A stretch of DNA of 64,000 nucleotides, taken from NCBI GenBank assembly GCA_015064445.1, contig SVSE01000001.1, positions 344,924-408,923 of the forward strand. The letters are read 5' to 3'. Of this stretch, positions 56,091 through 64,000 are shown piece by piece; the first letter of the stretch is position 1, and every line of letters begins with the position of its first letter. The notes beneath the pieces are model-generated. The model had not been told where the DNA came from. It searched no databases and saw only the letters and a list, made by a program, of their open reading frames with translations. This stretch comes from Oscillospiraceae bacterium. Its GTDB lineage: Bacteria; Bacillota; Clostridia; Oscillospirales; CAG-272. Both the position numbers and the translations under genes were made by a program.

Positions 56091-57170
56091 TTAGATTGTG
56101 ACTTCCACCATGAATGTTGCCTTCGTGGTAACATCGGTATTGGAAACCGAAAGCGTCTTTCCGGTCTTCTTTCCGCTGGTACCCCAAGAGGTATCGATTG
56201 CGCCGTCCTTGTTATATTTCGTCCAAGAATAAGTGCCGGTGCCTGCCGCGTCAATCTCGACGCCTGCCTGATACACCACCGCCTTGAGCGTCGTGCTGCC
56301 TTGACCATTCTTGAAAACGTCGCCGCCTGTGGAAGTAATAACCACCTGAATGGGATCCGCGTTATCGATGAAGGTCGCCACGTCAGTGAACGTGCTGTTG
56401 TAAGTGTTCGACGCGCTGTCCGAGTCGGTCGCAATGCATTTGAACACTGCGTAACTCTCAACCGCTGCCGCGTACACCGTAATGGTTGCGGAAGTCGTGC
56501 CTGTGTATTTGCCTGTGGTGTCGCTCAGCTTTCTCCAGCCCACACCGAAGGAAGCGTCGTATCCAGTCGAGGTCGTGCTTGTTACCGCCGAGTCCATAAT
56601 CGCCCACTTATACGAAACGTTGGTTGTATCCACAACGGATCCACGCCAGAGTTCCGCCTTCGCTGTAAGCGTTGCCACCTCGCTGTTCTTAAACACGTTG
56701 CCGCTGGGTGTCGTTACGATAAGGTCAACGATACCGCCGCCGTTTACAACGCGGCTGAACGAAATGCTGAGAGGGTGTTTAATGGAAAGTCCGGTCGATG
56801 CGTCCTTGTAGGTAATCTCGCAGCGGAAGTCCACGCCAGGAAGTCCCGCCATGACATTCGACTTGACCGTAAGAATATGGCTCTTCGCGCCGCTGAGTGC
56901 GAAGTTGCCTGCGGTGGTAATTGCCGTAGTCGAGGTGCCCTGATACCACTTTACCGACGTTACCGATGCCGAGGTAATCTGGTCGGTTGTCGTGCCGATA
57001 ACGTAAAGACTGGGCGTGAGAACAAGGTTTGTGCTTGCCCAGTTCGGCGTGTAGGTGTTGTTATCAGGGTTAAACATCTGGGTTTTCGCCAGATTCGAGC
57101 CAATATACCCCGTGAGGGTTAAGGCGTCATTGTAGTCAATGATTGTAAATTGACCTTGTGCTTTGCTCAT
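56091..57170 (-). CDS. phage tail/baseplate protein built of Ig-like repeats
   Basis: Start set to ATG 57170 (AAGGAGAAAA RBS). Three repeats of the G..FKN....T.L.A......G pattern. N-terminal QGQFTIIDYND resembles the fibre N-terminus. Confidence 0.6.
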   Translation of the reverse strand: MSKAQGQFTIIDYNDALTLTGYIGSNLAKTQMFNPDNNTYTPNWASTNLVLTPSLYVIGTTTDQITSASVTSVKWYQGTSTTAITTAGNFALSGAKSHILTVKSNVMAGLPGVDFRCEITYKDASTGLSIKHPLSISFSRVVNGGGIVDLIVTTPSGNVFKNSEVATLTAKAELWRGSVVDTTNVSYKWAIMDSAVTSTTSTGYDASFGVGWRKLSDTTGKYTGTTSATITVYAAAVESYAVFKCIATDSDSASNTYNSTFTDVATFIDNADPIQVVITSTGGDVFKNGQGSTTLKAVVYQAGVEIDAAGTGTYSWTKYNKDGAIDTSWGTSGKKTGKTLSVSNTDVTTKATFMVEVTI

Positions 57171-57192
57171 TTTGTTTTCTCCTTGTTTTTTA

Positions 57193-59013
57193 TTAACCCA
57201 GCAAGCTGAGTCGAGTTGTTGTATCAATCAGGTCGCAGAAAAAGGTAGCGCGCACCTTCACATCGTCGCTTGTTACCTCGATGGATTTTGTGCCGCCGTA
57301 GTGGCTGTCATTCCACTCTTTGTCCGCTTCCGCGTCATCCGACACGCGCGTCCAGATGAATTGATTGTCATCCAGCGTATCCGTTATATTCTCGTCCCAC
57401 GAGAAAACGGTTGCGGTCAGCGTCGTATTGATATTGCCGTTTTTGAAAATATTGCCGTTGGAAGACGAGATGATCAGGCGGTACATCTTCTGCTCGTTGA
57501 TTTCGTCTATGCGGGAATTGGTTTCCTCCACCGATTCCGTTGACGCATACGCCCGCAGTACCACCTCGCCCGTCTCCAAATTCCAGTATGACGAGCCGTC
57601 CTGCGACGAGAGAATTCCCGCCTTTATGATATTCGCCACCAGCGTGCCTGACGTAATGAAGTCCGCGACTATCTGACCGTCTGCCGTTATGGCTGTTTCG
57701 TAAGGTCCGTTATACCCGTGTGAAGAAAATCCCAGCCCGCCGACATTCCAGCGCCACACGTTCACCGCGTCATTTATCGACGGTGCGTCCATGACGAGTA
57801 GTTCATACGGCTGGCCACCTTCATCGCCTTTTAATACGACGTAGCCACCGAGCTGTCCGGTTATCTTTTGCGTTGCATTGCTGATTGCCGACGCCATAAG
57901 CGACGGGAGTCTGTCCGCTTTTTCTGTCACCGCGTCTATGCTCGACTGCGTGCTGGTTACTGTATCCACCAGCGTGCTGCGTGCCGCACCAAGTGTTATG
58001 GATATATATTTTTCCGCAAGTGTGTCGTATACCGTCTGGATGACTTTCGCAGTCGCGCTCACGCCCAGTGATGTATAGCGTATCGTCACTCTATCGCAGA
58101 GTGAAACGCGCTCCAGCACCGCTGCGTATTCGGGCTGCTTCCAAAGCGGCTCAAATGACACCTTGAGTTCGGGTGTCTCCACGCCGAGCGGGTTGTTTTG
58201 CAGATACGTTTCCGCCTTTGCCCGCAGCTTTTCTTCGGTAATGGTTTCCTCCATATCGAAGGAGTCCGTGAAGTCCTTTATCAGAGTTTTCCGCTGTGTC
58301 AGTGCCGTCGTTATAGGTAGCACCTGCTCCGGCAGCGTTACTACCGTCTCGCTGTCCTCGGTCTTTATCACCGCGTATGGAAGCAGTTCCGTATACACGT
58401 CTGTGATATCCGAATCCTGCTCCAGCGATTTGAGGTTTTTGCCGTATTCGATTACGACGCCGCTGCTTTTGCCTCGCCCTTGATGATGTATGACCTCGTA
58501 GTTGTCCCACTCAAATTCGCCACCCCAGAGACTAACCAGCGAGCCTTCCTCGCCGCCCAGCACTTTTCGCAAGCTCTTGGGCTTGGATATAACGAACGGT
58601 TTCGCCTCGGTATAATCGGTTCGGAAGGTGAAGCGGTGCTGCGTGAGCGCCGCGCTAAACGCATGCTCGATTGCCAGCTGCGGTGTGATCGGCGCTGACT
58701 CCCACGCGGGTGTTGCTATGGTTGTCAAGTCGTAGGATATATGCTGTGCATATATTTTCACGATACCGTTTAAGGGTTTCGTCATGCGGTATATGCGGAA
58801 CATCTGATTTTTCGACGTATCATTCGCCTTCGCTTTTATGAGTCGTTCCTTCGCTATCTCCGAGTAGAATCGACCTGTAATCGGATACGTCAATTCCAGC
58901 TCGTATTCACCGTTGCGCTCCTCCGAAACAGAACAGGATATTGTGTCCGAAAGTGCGCAAATACCGTAGGTGGAAAAGTCAGTTGCGTCTGCTCTGAAAA
59001 GAATAGGTATCAT
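57193..59013 (-). CDS. tail-associated protein Tal (prophage tail endopeptidase-family N-domain) with C-terminal Ig-like module
   Basis: MIPILF...DFSTYGICALSD...EERNGEYELELTYP typical N-terminus. ATGA overlap with Dit fixes the start at 59013. Confidence 0.8.
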   Translation of the reverse strand: MIPILFRADATDFSTYGICALSDTISCSVSEERNGEYELELTYPITGRFYSEIAKERLIKAKANDTSKNQMFRIYRMTKPLNGIVKIYAQHISYDLTTIATPAWESAPITPQLAIEHAFSAALTQHRFTFRTDYTEAKPFVISKPKSLRKVLGGEEGSLVSLWGGEFEWDNYEVIHHQGRGKSSGVVIEYGKNLKSLEQDSDITDVYTELLPYAVIKTEDSETVVTLPEQVLPITTALTQRKTLIKDFTDSFDMEETITEEKLRAKAETYLQNNPLGVETPELKVSFEPLWKQPEYAAVLERVSLCDRVTIRYTSLGVSATAKVIQTVYDTLAEKYISITLGAARSTLVDTVTSTQSSIDAVTEKADRLPSLMASAISNATQKITGQLGGYVVLKGDEGGQPYELLVMDAPSINDAVNVWRWNVGGLGFSSHGYNGPYETAITADGQIVADFITSGTLVANIIKAGILSSQDGSSYWNLETGEVVLRAYASTESVEETNSRIDEINEQKMYRLIISSSNGNIFKNGNINTTLTATVFSWDENITDTLDDNQFIWTRVSDDAEADKEWNDSHYGGTKSIEVTSDDVKVRATFFCDLIDTTTRLSLLG

Positions 59014-59741
59014 AGACTCACCCACCTTGGTATCACTTGCACTTCGGTTATCCCGCCGTCAAAGGATATCGTGTTCGCACCAGGGTGCAGGCACGGAAAT
59101 CCCTCACCGCTAACCGTATCATTTTTTGGCTCGGTGCCGTGATAGAAATTCATAAGTTCCGAGTCGCATTCCGTGTATCCGTTCAGCGTAGAAAAGTGCC
59201 ACTGTTCCGTCGCGTTTTTACTCTGGATTGTCAGTGTTCCGCTGCCTCTGCCCACGACTTTTATGTACGGTTTCGCTGTGAAGTTATACGGATTATTGAG
59301 GACAAATCCCGACGTGCTTGAACTCACCTGTGCCTGTCCTGCATTCAAAAAACGCATCGGATGACAAGTAAAGTTTACGGTAAACACGCCTATTTTATTG
59401 AGTTCGTCCTCAATATCCAGTTTGTTATTAAAAATCGCTCTGCGGGTAAATGCCGTATCATAACTGTCGCTGAGCGTATGGTATCTGTCCGGCTCTGCGT
59501 AGAGCCAACCCTTGATGGCGGTTATCTTTGCTGCCAGTTCCGCAATGCTTTTTGCGGGTACGAAACAGGTATAGGAAACCGTCGTATTCGGGTACCGTTT
59601 ATTTGGTGATATCAGTTCGCCGTCGCGCCCCGGTATGCTGAAGAAACTTATGTCGTATTTCGGTGCGGAAAAGATGTCTTTCGCACTGATTCTCACGCCC
59701 ATATCGGAGGAGCGTATTCCGTTGTATTCAAAATAATTCAC
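59010..59741 (-). CDS. distal tail protein Dit (siphovirus tail family)
   Basis: MNYFEYNGIRSSDMGV...SIPGRDGEL typical N-terminus. GTG start overlapping the TMP stop. Confidence 0.8.
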   Translation of the reverse strand: MNYFEYNGIRSSDMGVRISAKDIFSAPKYDISFFSIPGRDGELISPNKRYPNTTVSYTCFVPAKSIAELAAKITAIKGWLYAEPDRYHTLSDSYDTAFTRRAIFNNKLDIEDELNKIGVFTVNFTCHPMRFLNAGQAQVSSSTSGFVLNNPYNFTAKPYIKVVGRGSGTLTIQSKNATEQWHFSTLNGYTECDSELMNFYHGTEPKNDTVSGEGFPCLHPGANTISFDGGITEVQVIPRWVSL

Positions 59742-62700
59742 GCAAACACCACTCCTTTCCGCTTCGCAAATGCACCTGCGGTCGCCATTATTTCATTTGT
59801 CAGTTCGCTGATATCCTCACTTGAGTAATTGTTGAAGTTTGCAATGCTAAGCTGGAGAATAAATCCGCCTGCTGCATGCGGTGCCGTACTGCCGTCCATG
59901 CCTCCGTGAACGCCGACGTCGATGTCCTCGGGAAGTGCCGTTGACAAGTCTGCCGACAGGTCATTGAAGACCGCGTTCAGATCCTTCGACATATCCGTTG
60001 CTGCGCTGATCGCCTCGCCTGCGGTTTCGTCGATACCGCCCGCCAGACCTTCCATCATCATGTCACCAATCCACGCCATTTTTCGTGACGGAGAATGGAT
60101 TCCGAAGAAGTCGCAAATGCCGTCCCACAAATCGCTCGCCCAGCCAGAGACTTTATCCCAAATCCAAGTGGCAAGGGATTGAATGCCTTCCCAGAGTCCC
60201 TTTACTAGATTCTTTCCGACCTCCGCCATGCTGCCGACCAGTGAGCCGAATGCATTTACGATACCTGCAATAATCTGCGGTACCGCCTTCACGATTTCCA
60301 CGATTATCGTCGGCAAGTTCTGTATGATAGAGACGAACAGCTTGATGCCTGCCTCTATCAGCTGCGGGATTGCTCCGATGAGCGCCGTTATAATGCCACC
60401 GATGATTTCCGGTATCGCACCGACAATGCCTGTTATGATTTTCGGCAGGTTGTCAATGAGCGAAAGGAACAGTTGCACGCCCGCTTGAATGATTTGCGGA
60501 ATTGCGCCAAGGATTGCGTCGATGAGCGAGGTTATAATCTGCGGTACCGCGTTGAGTATCGCTGTAATGATTTCCGGTAGTGCGCCGATCAGCGACGTTA
60601 TGAGCGTTATGCCGCAATCGATTATCAGCGGTATCGCCGCCAGTAGCGTTGATATAATGCTGTCGATAATTGTCGGTATGCACGCCACTATCGTCTGTAT
60701 GATTTCTGGCAGCGCTCCGATGAGCGATGTTATCAGCTGGATACCTGCATTTATAATCTGCGGTATTGCGCCGAGGATTGCTTCGAGTAGCGACGATATA
60801 ATCTGCGGTATTGCAGGAAGTATCGTCTCGATGATTGTCGGAAGCGCGCCCACCAGCGATGTTAACAGGTGCAGTCCTGCGTCGATGATAAGCGGAATTG
60901 CGTCCAGTACCGATGTGAGTATGCCTTCGATAATGACGGGAATTGCCGCCACGATTGTCTCGATTATCTCCGGCAGTGCACCGATAAGCGCCGTTATCAG
61001 CTGTATGCCTGCTTCCACGATAAGCGGCAGCGCGTCTGTTACTGCTGTGAGTATTCCGTCAATGATTTGCGGTATCGCTTCCACAATATTCTTTATGATC
61101 TGTGGCAGTGCGCCAATTAAAGACGTGAGCAGTTGCATGCCCGCGTTGATGATTTTCGGTACCGCCTTCAGCACCGCGTTCACGATGCCTGTTATGATTT
61201 GCGGCAACGCTTTTACGATCGCATTTACCACCTTCGGTACCGCGTCAACGATACCCGAAAGTAGCGAGATGCAGGTGTCGATTATCTGCGGGATTGCGCC
61301 CGTAATGAAATTGAGAATGCCGTCAATTATCGCAGGCAACGCCGCAAGTAAGACAGGTATTGCGTCGAGCAGTCCCTGCGCAAGTCCTGACATCAGTTGC
61401 AGTGCTGCATCTAAAATAAGCGGCAAATTGTCAACTAATGTTTGCACTACCTGCGCTATTACCGCTGCTATCGTCGGTATGAGCGTCGGCATCGCGCCTG
61501 CAATTCCTTGCACAAGTGTGAGTACCATCTGTATCGCTGCTTCCATCAGTAGCGGTAGCTGGTCGATGATTCCGTTTACCAGTCCCATCACCAGCTGCAG
61601 CGCGCCTTCGGCTATCTGCGGTAGTGCCGCTATCAGTCCGTTCAAGATTGAGAATACAATCTGCGTTGCCGAACTTACAATGAGCGGAAGGTTGTCCACA
61701 ATGGCTTTGCCAAGCGAGCCAACGATTTCTCCGATGATTTCGAGCAGTTCCGGTACGTATTGCATTACCGTATTTAGTACCTTCGGAAGTATGCCGCCGA
61801 TAACGTCGGACATTTTGCCGATGTCGCCGTTTGCGTCGAGGATACCGTTAGTAAATTCACCAAGCAATCCGACGCCGTCTGTCGCAAGTGAGGTCAGCAC
61901 AGGCAAAAGCACCGTACCGAGTGCGTTCTTTGCGGCCGTTGTACCGACCGTTAAGTATTGCAGCTGGTCGTCTAAAGCACCATATGCCGCGAGCATATCG
62001 TCGCCTACAACGTATCCTGCTTCCTGCGCCTGCTCACCAAGTTCCTGCATTCGCTCCGCACCTGCTTCGATAAGCGGGTTAAGTTCCTGCGCTGATTTGC
62101 CGAGGATCTGCATTGCAATTGCATCGCGCTCGGTCTCGTTTTCCATCTTGCCGAGTGCGTCAATGATTTCCCAGTAAACCGTATCGCTGTCGCGCATGTT
62201 TCCTTCGGCATCATAGACCGCGACGCCGAGTTTGGCATACGCCTTCGACATCTCGTTCATGCTCGGTGCTACCGGCTCTGATGCTGCTGCGACGTCCGCC
62301 TGCGCTGCTGCCAGATTATTCTGTGCCTGCTGCAGTGCGATTGCCGCTTTCTGTACCGCTGCCGATGCTGTGCCGCTGTTTTCGAGTGCGCTGTTGTATG
62401 AGTCCTGCGCCGATGTCAGCTTGCTTTGGGATTTTTCAAGAGCGATTGCCGCCTTTTGCGCCTGTTCGGAGTCCGCGCCGTATTTTTCTACCGCTGCGTT
62501 ATACGAAACTTGCGCTGTCTCAACGCCATACATCGCGTCTTCCACAGCAGAGTACGCCTTTTTGACCGCGTCTCCGCTTTTGGCAACTGCTTCGTCGTAG
62601 GCGATTTGCGCTTTTTCCAGATTGAGAGAAGCGCTCTCCGCCTTTGCCTCTGCCTTTGCCAGCTTTTCCATATCCACTGCCGCTTCGCCACTGACGTTTG

Positions 62701-63436
62701 CGACCGTTGACATGGATTTTATGTTTTTCGCCATTGATTTGGTCAGTGTCTCTGTCGAAACATCGACCAGTTCGGCGGCGTACATATACTCCTGCAACTT
62801 ATCTGTTGCGATACCTGTTACCGTCGATTCGGTAAGTACGGTATCCGCATATGCCGCGCCTTCTTTTGTCATATCGACCAGCGCTTTGCCTGCGGCTATC
62901 GCTGCTGCCGATACTGCTGCAAATGCGGCTGCCATGGTCGCTGCAGCTGCCTTGCACACATTTCCAAGACCTTCGAATTTGCTTCCTGCGTCGTCCGCTT
63001 CTTTGCCAGCGTCTTTGACCTCGCCGCCCATATCGTCGGCTTCTTTGCCGGCTTTGTCCATGCCATCGCTGGCATTATCAAGGGCTGCGTTATTGTCCCG
63101 AAGTTCACGCTCCATGCCATTGAGCGCCGCTTCGGCATTATTGAGCTGTATCTGCCATGCCTGCGTGCGCTTATCATTCTCACCGAATGACTCCGCTGCG
63201 TTCTTTAAGGCACTGCGCAGCACCTCAATTTTCGATTTCTGCGCCTCGATTTGCTTACCGAGTACTTCATTTCGGGCGGTGAGAGCTTCAACAGAAGTGT
63301 CATTCCTGTCGAACTGCGACTCTACCAGCTTCATCTCCGAGCCAAGAACTTTGAAGGATTGGTTGATTTCGGCTAAGGACTTTTTGAACTCTTTTTCGCC
63401 CTCCAGCCCAATTTTCAGACCGAAATTATCTGCCAC
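59738..63436 (-). CDS. tail tape measure protein
   Basis: 1232 aa. N-terminal coiled coils, long hydrophobic periodic repeat region, GIHSPS motif near the C-terminus. GTG start after AGGAGGTGG. Confidence 0.9.
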   Translation of the reverse strand: MADNFGLKIGLEGEKEFKKSLAEINQSFKVLGSEMKLVESQFDRNDTSVEALTARNEVLGKQIEAQKSKIEVLRSALKNAAESFGENDKRTQAWQIQLNNAEAALNGMERELRDNNAALDNASDGMDKAGKEADDMGGEVKDAGKEADDAGSKFEGLGNVCKAAAATMAAAFAAVSAAAIAAGKALVDMTKEGAAYADTVLTESTVTGIATDKLQEYMYAAELVDVSTETLTKSMAKNIKSMSTVANVSGEAAVDMEKLAKAEAKAESASLNLEKAQIAYDEAVAKSGDAVKKAYSAVEDAMYGVETAQVSYNAAVEKYGADSEQAQKAAIALEKSQSKLTSAQDSYNSALENSGTASAAVQKAAIALQQAQNNLAAAQADVAAASEPVAPSMNEMSKAYAKLGVAVYDAEGNMRDSDTVYWEIIDALGKMENETERDAIAMQILGKSAQELNPLIEAGAERMQELGEQAQEAGYVVGDDMLAAYGALDDQLQYLTVGTTAAKNALGTVLLPVLTSLATDGVGLLGEFTNGILDANGDIGKMSDVIGGILPKVLNTVMQYVPELLEIIGEIVGSLGKAIVDNLPLIVSSATQIVFSILNGLIAALPQIAEGALQLVMGLVNGIIDQLPLLMEAAIQMVLTLVQGIAGAMPTLIPTIAAVIAQVVQTLVDNLPLILDAALQLMSGLAQGLLDAIPVLLAALPAIIDGILNFITGAIPQIIDTCISLLSGIVDAVPKVVNAIVKALPQIITGIVNAVLKAVPKIINAGMQLLTSLIGALPQIIKNIVEAIPQIIDGILTAVTDALPLIVEAGIQLITALIGALPEIIETIVAAIPVIIEGILTSVLDAIPLIIDAGLHLLTSLVGALPTIIETILPAIPQIISSLLEAILGAIPQIINAGIQLITSLIGALPEIIQTIVACIPTIIDSIISTLLAAIPLIIDCGITLITSLIGALPEIITAILNAVPQIITSLIDAILGAIPQIIQAGVQLFLSLIDNLPKIITGIVGAIPEIIGGIITALIGAIPQLIEAGIKLFVSIIQNLPTIIVEIVKAVPQIIAGIVNAFGSLVGSMAEVGKNLVKGLWEGIQSLATWIWDKVSGWASDLWDGICDFFGIHSPSRKMAWIGDMMMEGLAGGIDETAGEAISAATDMSKDLNAVFNDLSADLSTALPEDIDVGVHGGMDGSTAPHAAGGFILQLSIANFNNYSSEDISELTNEIMATAGAFAKRKGVVFA
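60400..61760 (-). repeat. ~40-aa periodic repeats within the tape measure (about ten units, approximate bounds)
   Basis: Recurrent LITSLIGALPEII.TIV.AIP.II..IL....AIP.II.AG.Q units read from the ORF. Confidence 0.7.
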
Positions 63437-63451
63437 GTCTCACCACCTCCT

Positions 63452-63996
63452 TTATATTCCGTCAGGGATAATATCGTCGATAGTTACCTCGCGCTTCGGT
63501 TTTGCCGTTCCGTTATACTGTTTATGGCATTCCCAGAGGTCGAGTAGCAGCCCGAATGGCATTTGCCACACCTCATCCTGCGTCAGATGCAGATGTGCTA
63601 TGCCGAAATACAGAAGTCGAGTAAATAACTCCTCGTCACTTACCCGACTACCGCGTTTTTTGGGTCTGCTTCGCTCTCGATGTTGCGCTTGGTGCCTTTG
63701 TAAAGGGCTTCCGTAATAGCATCCTTGTATCCTGCGAGGTCGGCGGGAAGTGTCAAAAGTTCCACCACGTCCTCGGTCAGTAATTCTTTCGGCATGCTCT
63801 TGTTCTTTAAGTTATAAATGAGAATTGACTGATTTGCGAGCAAGGTAATGAGCCAGACAATCTCACCGAGTGCCAACTCAAAATTCTCGCTTTTCATCAG
63901 CTTATCTCCAAGGTTTTCAAGCCCGCCGTAGCGGCCTGCGATTTCCTTTGTCGCCTTCGTGGTAAGGAGAAGCGTATACTCCTCGTCACCGATCAT
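63452..63996 (-). CDS. tail assembly chaperone G (63640-63996) and its -1 frameshift extension GT (to 63452)
   Basis: The G frame ends DPKNAVVG*. I translated the -1 frame by hand from the slip site. It is open for 67 codons and stops 15 nt before the TMP GTG. Confidence 0.75.
63655..63661 (-). promoter_or_regulatory. -1 programmed frameshift slippery heptamer A_AAA_AAC
   Basis: The zero frame reads CCA AAA AAC, 5 codons before the G stop. Confidence 0.7.
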
Positions 63997-64000
63997 AATA

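Larger units (their letters stand above)
40941..64000 (-). mobile_element. integrated siphovirus-like prophage / integrative element (partial, continues past the window end). The left edge could instead be at 40243
   Basis: Abrupt rise in G+C. Contiguous minus-strand tail, lysis and serine recombinase genes plus a cargo operon. Confidence 0.75.

Noticed and set aside
60400-61760. Regularly spaced DNA repeats that could be mistaken for a CRISPR-like array
   Set aside because: The repeats are in-frame coding periodicity of the tape measure protein. There are no unique spacers and no cas genes. No CRISPR array was seen anywhere in the window.
60489-62177. 562-aa plus-strand ORF antisense to the tape measure. 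Similar long antisense ORFs occur at 62622-63716, 56046-57122, 49449-50297, 50698-51351, 41234-41989, 42682-43347, 26065-26688 and 16389-17048
   Set aside because: All lie fully inside well-supported genes on the other strand. They have low-complexity or Cys/Arg-rich translations, lack RBS context, and are explained by GC-rich or periodic codon usage of the real gene.
1-64000. Search by eye for tRNA, rRNA, tmRNA, SRP RNA or transposase/IS elements
   Set aside because: No intergenic region showed cloverleaf-like or rRNA-like sequence and no transposase-like ORF was seen. This is a visual inspection only and should be confirmed with tRNAscan-SE, Infernal and ISfinder.

Overview
The window joins two compositionally different parts. 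Positions 1 to about 40.9 kb are low-GC Firmicutes (Clostridia-like) chromosome. This part carries an LCP protein, RluD-like synthase, MtaB, a TetR regulator and an NfeD/SPFH pair. It also has a cell-wall polysaccharide locus (GT4, priming sugar transferase, Wzm/Wzt-like ABC exporter). A THF-riboswitch-controlled FolT-FolC fusion follows, then a Fur-box-controlled permease/MacB-type ABC/lipoprotein operon. Next come T-box(Thr)-thrS and an L-box-controlled dapA-dapB-lysA operon, then two paralogous lipoproteins with short collagen-like segments. A long pyr operon follows (pyrC-carB-pyrK-pyrD-pyrF-pyrE-pyrB-pyrI, with no carA or pyrR). The part ends with a ClC channel, purC and a GH29 fucosidase-acyltransferase-HAD operon. 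From about 40.9 kb to the window end the DNA is visibly GC-richer and is an integrated siphovirus-like element, all on the minus strand. It encodes tail chaperone G/GT with an A_AAA_AAC -1 frameshift, tape measure, Dit, Tal, an Ig-repeat protein and a tail fibre with an S74 chaperone domain. Holin-like proteins, a stand-alone LysM miniprotein and two tandem large serine recombinases follow. Between the recombinases and the element edge (41.0-49.0 kb) lies a tightly packed 12-gene cargo operon with its own promoter and terminator. No gene in it can be assigned a phage or housekeeping role. Its last four genes are a small TM coiled-coil protein, a DUF7662-like protein, a TIR-like alpha/beta protein and a glycine-zipper membrane protein. 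This four-gene block is my best candidate for an undescribed defence or abortive-infection-type system. The element edge coincides with a 26-bp perfect palindrome. That palindrome recurs 650 bp away with its central dinucleotide flipped. No rRNA, tRNA or CRISPR array was seen. All domain calls come from motif recognition by eye, not from searches.
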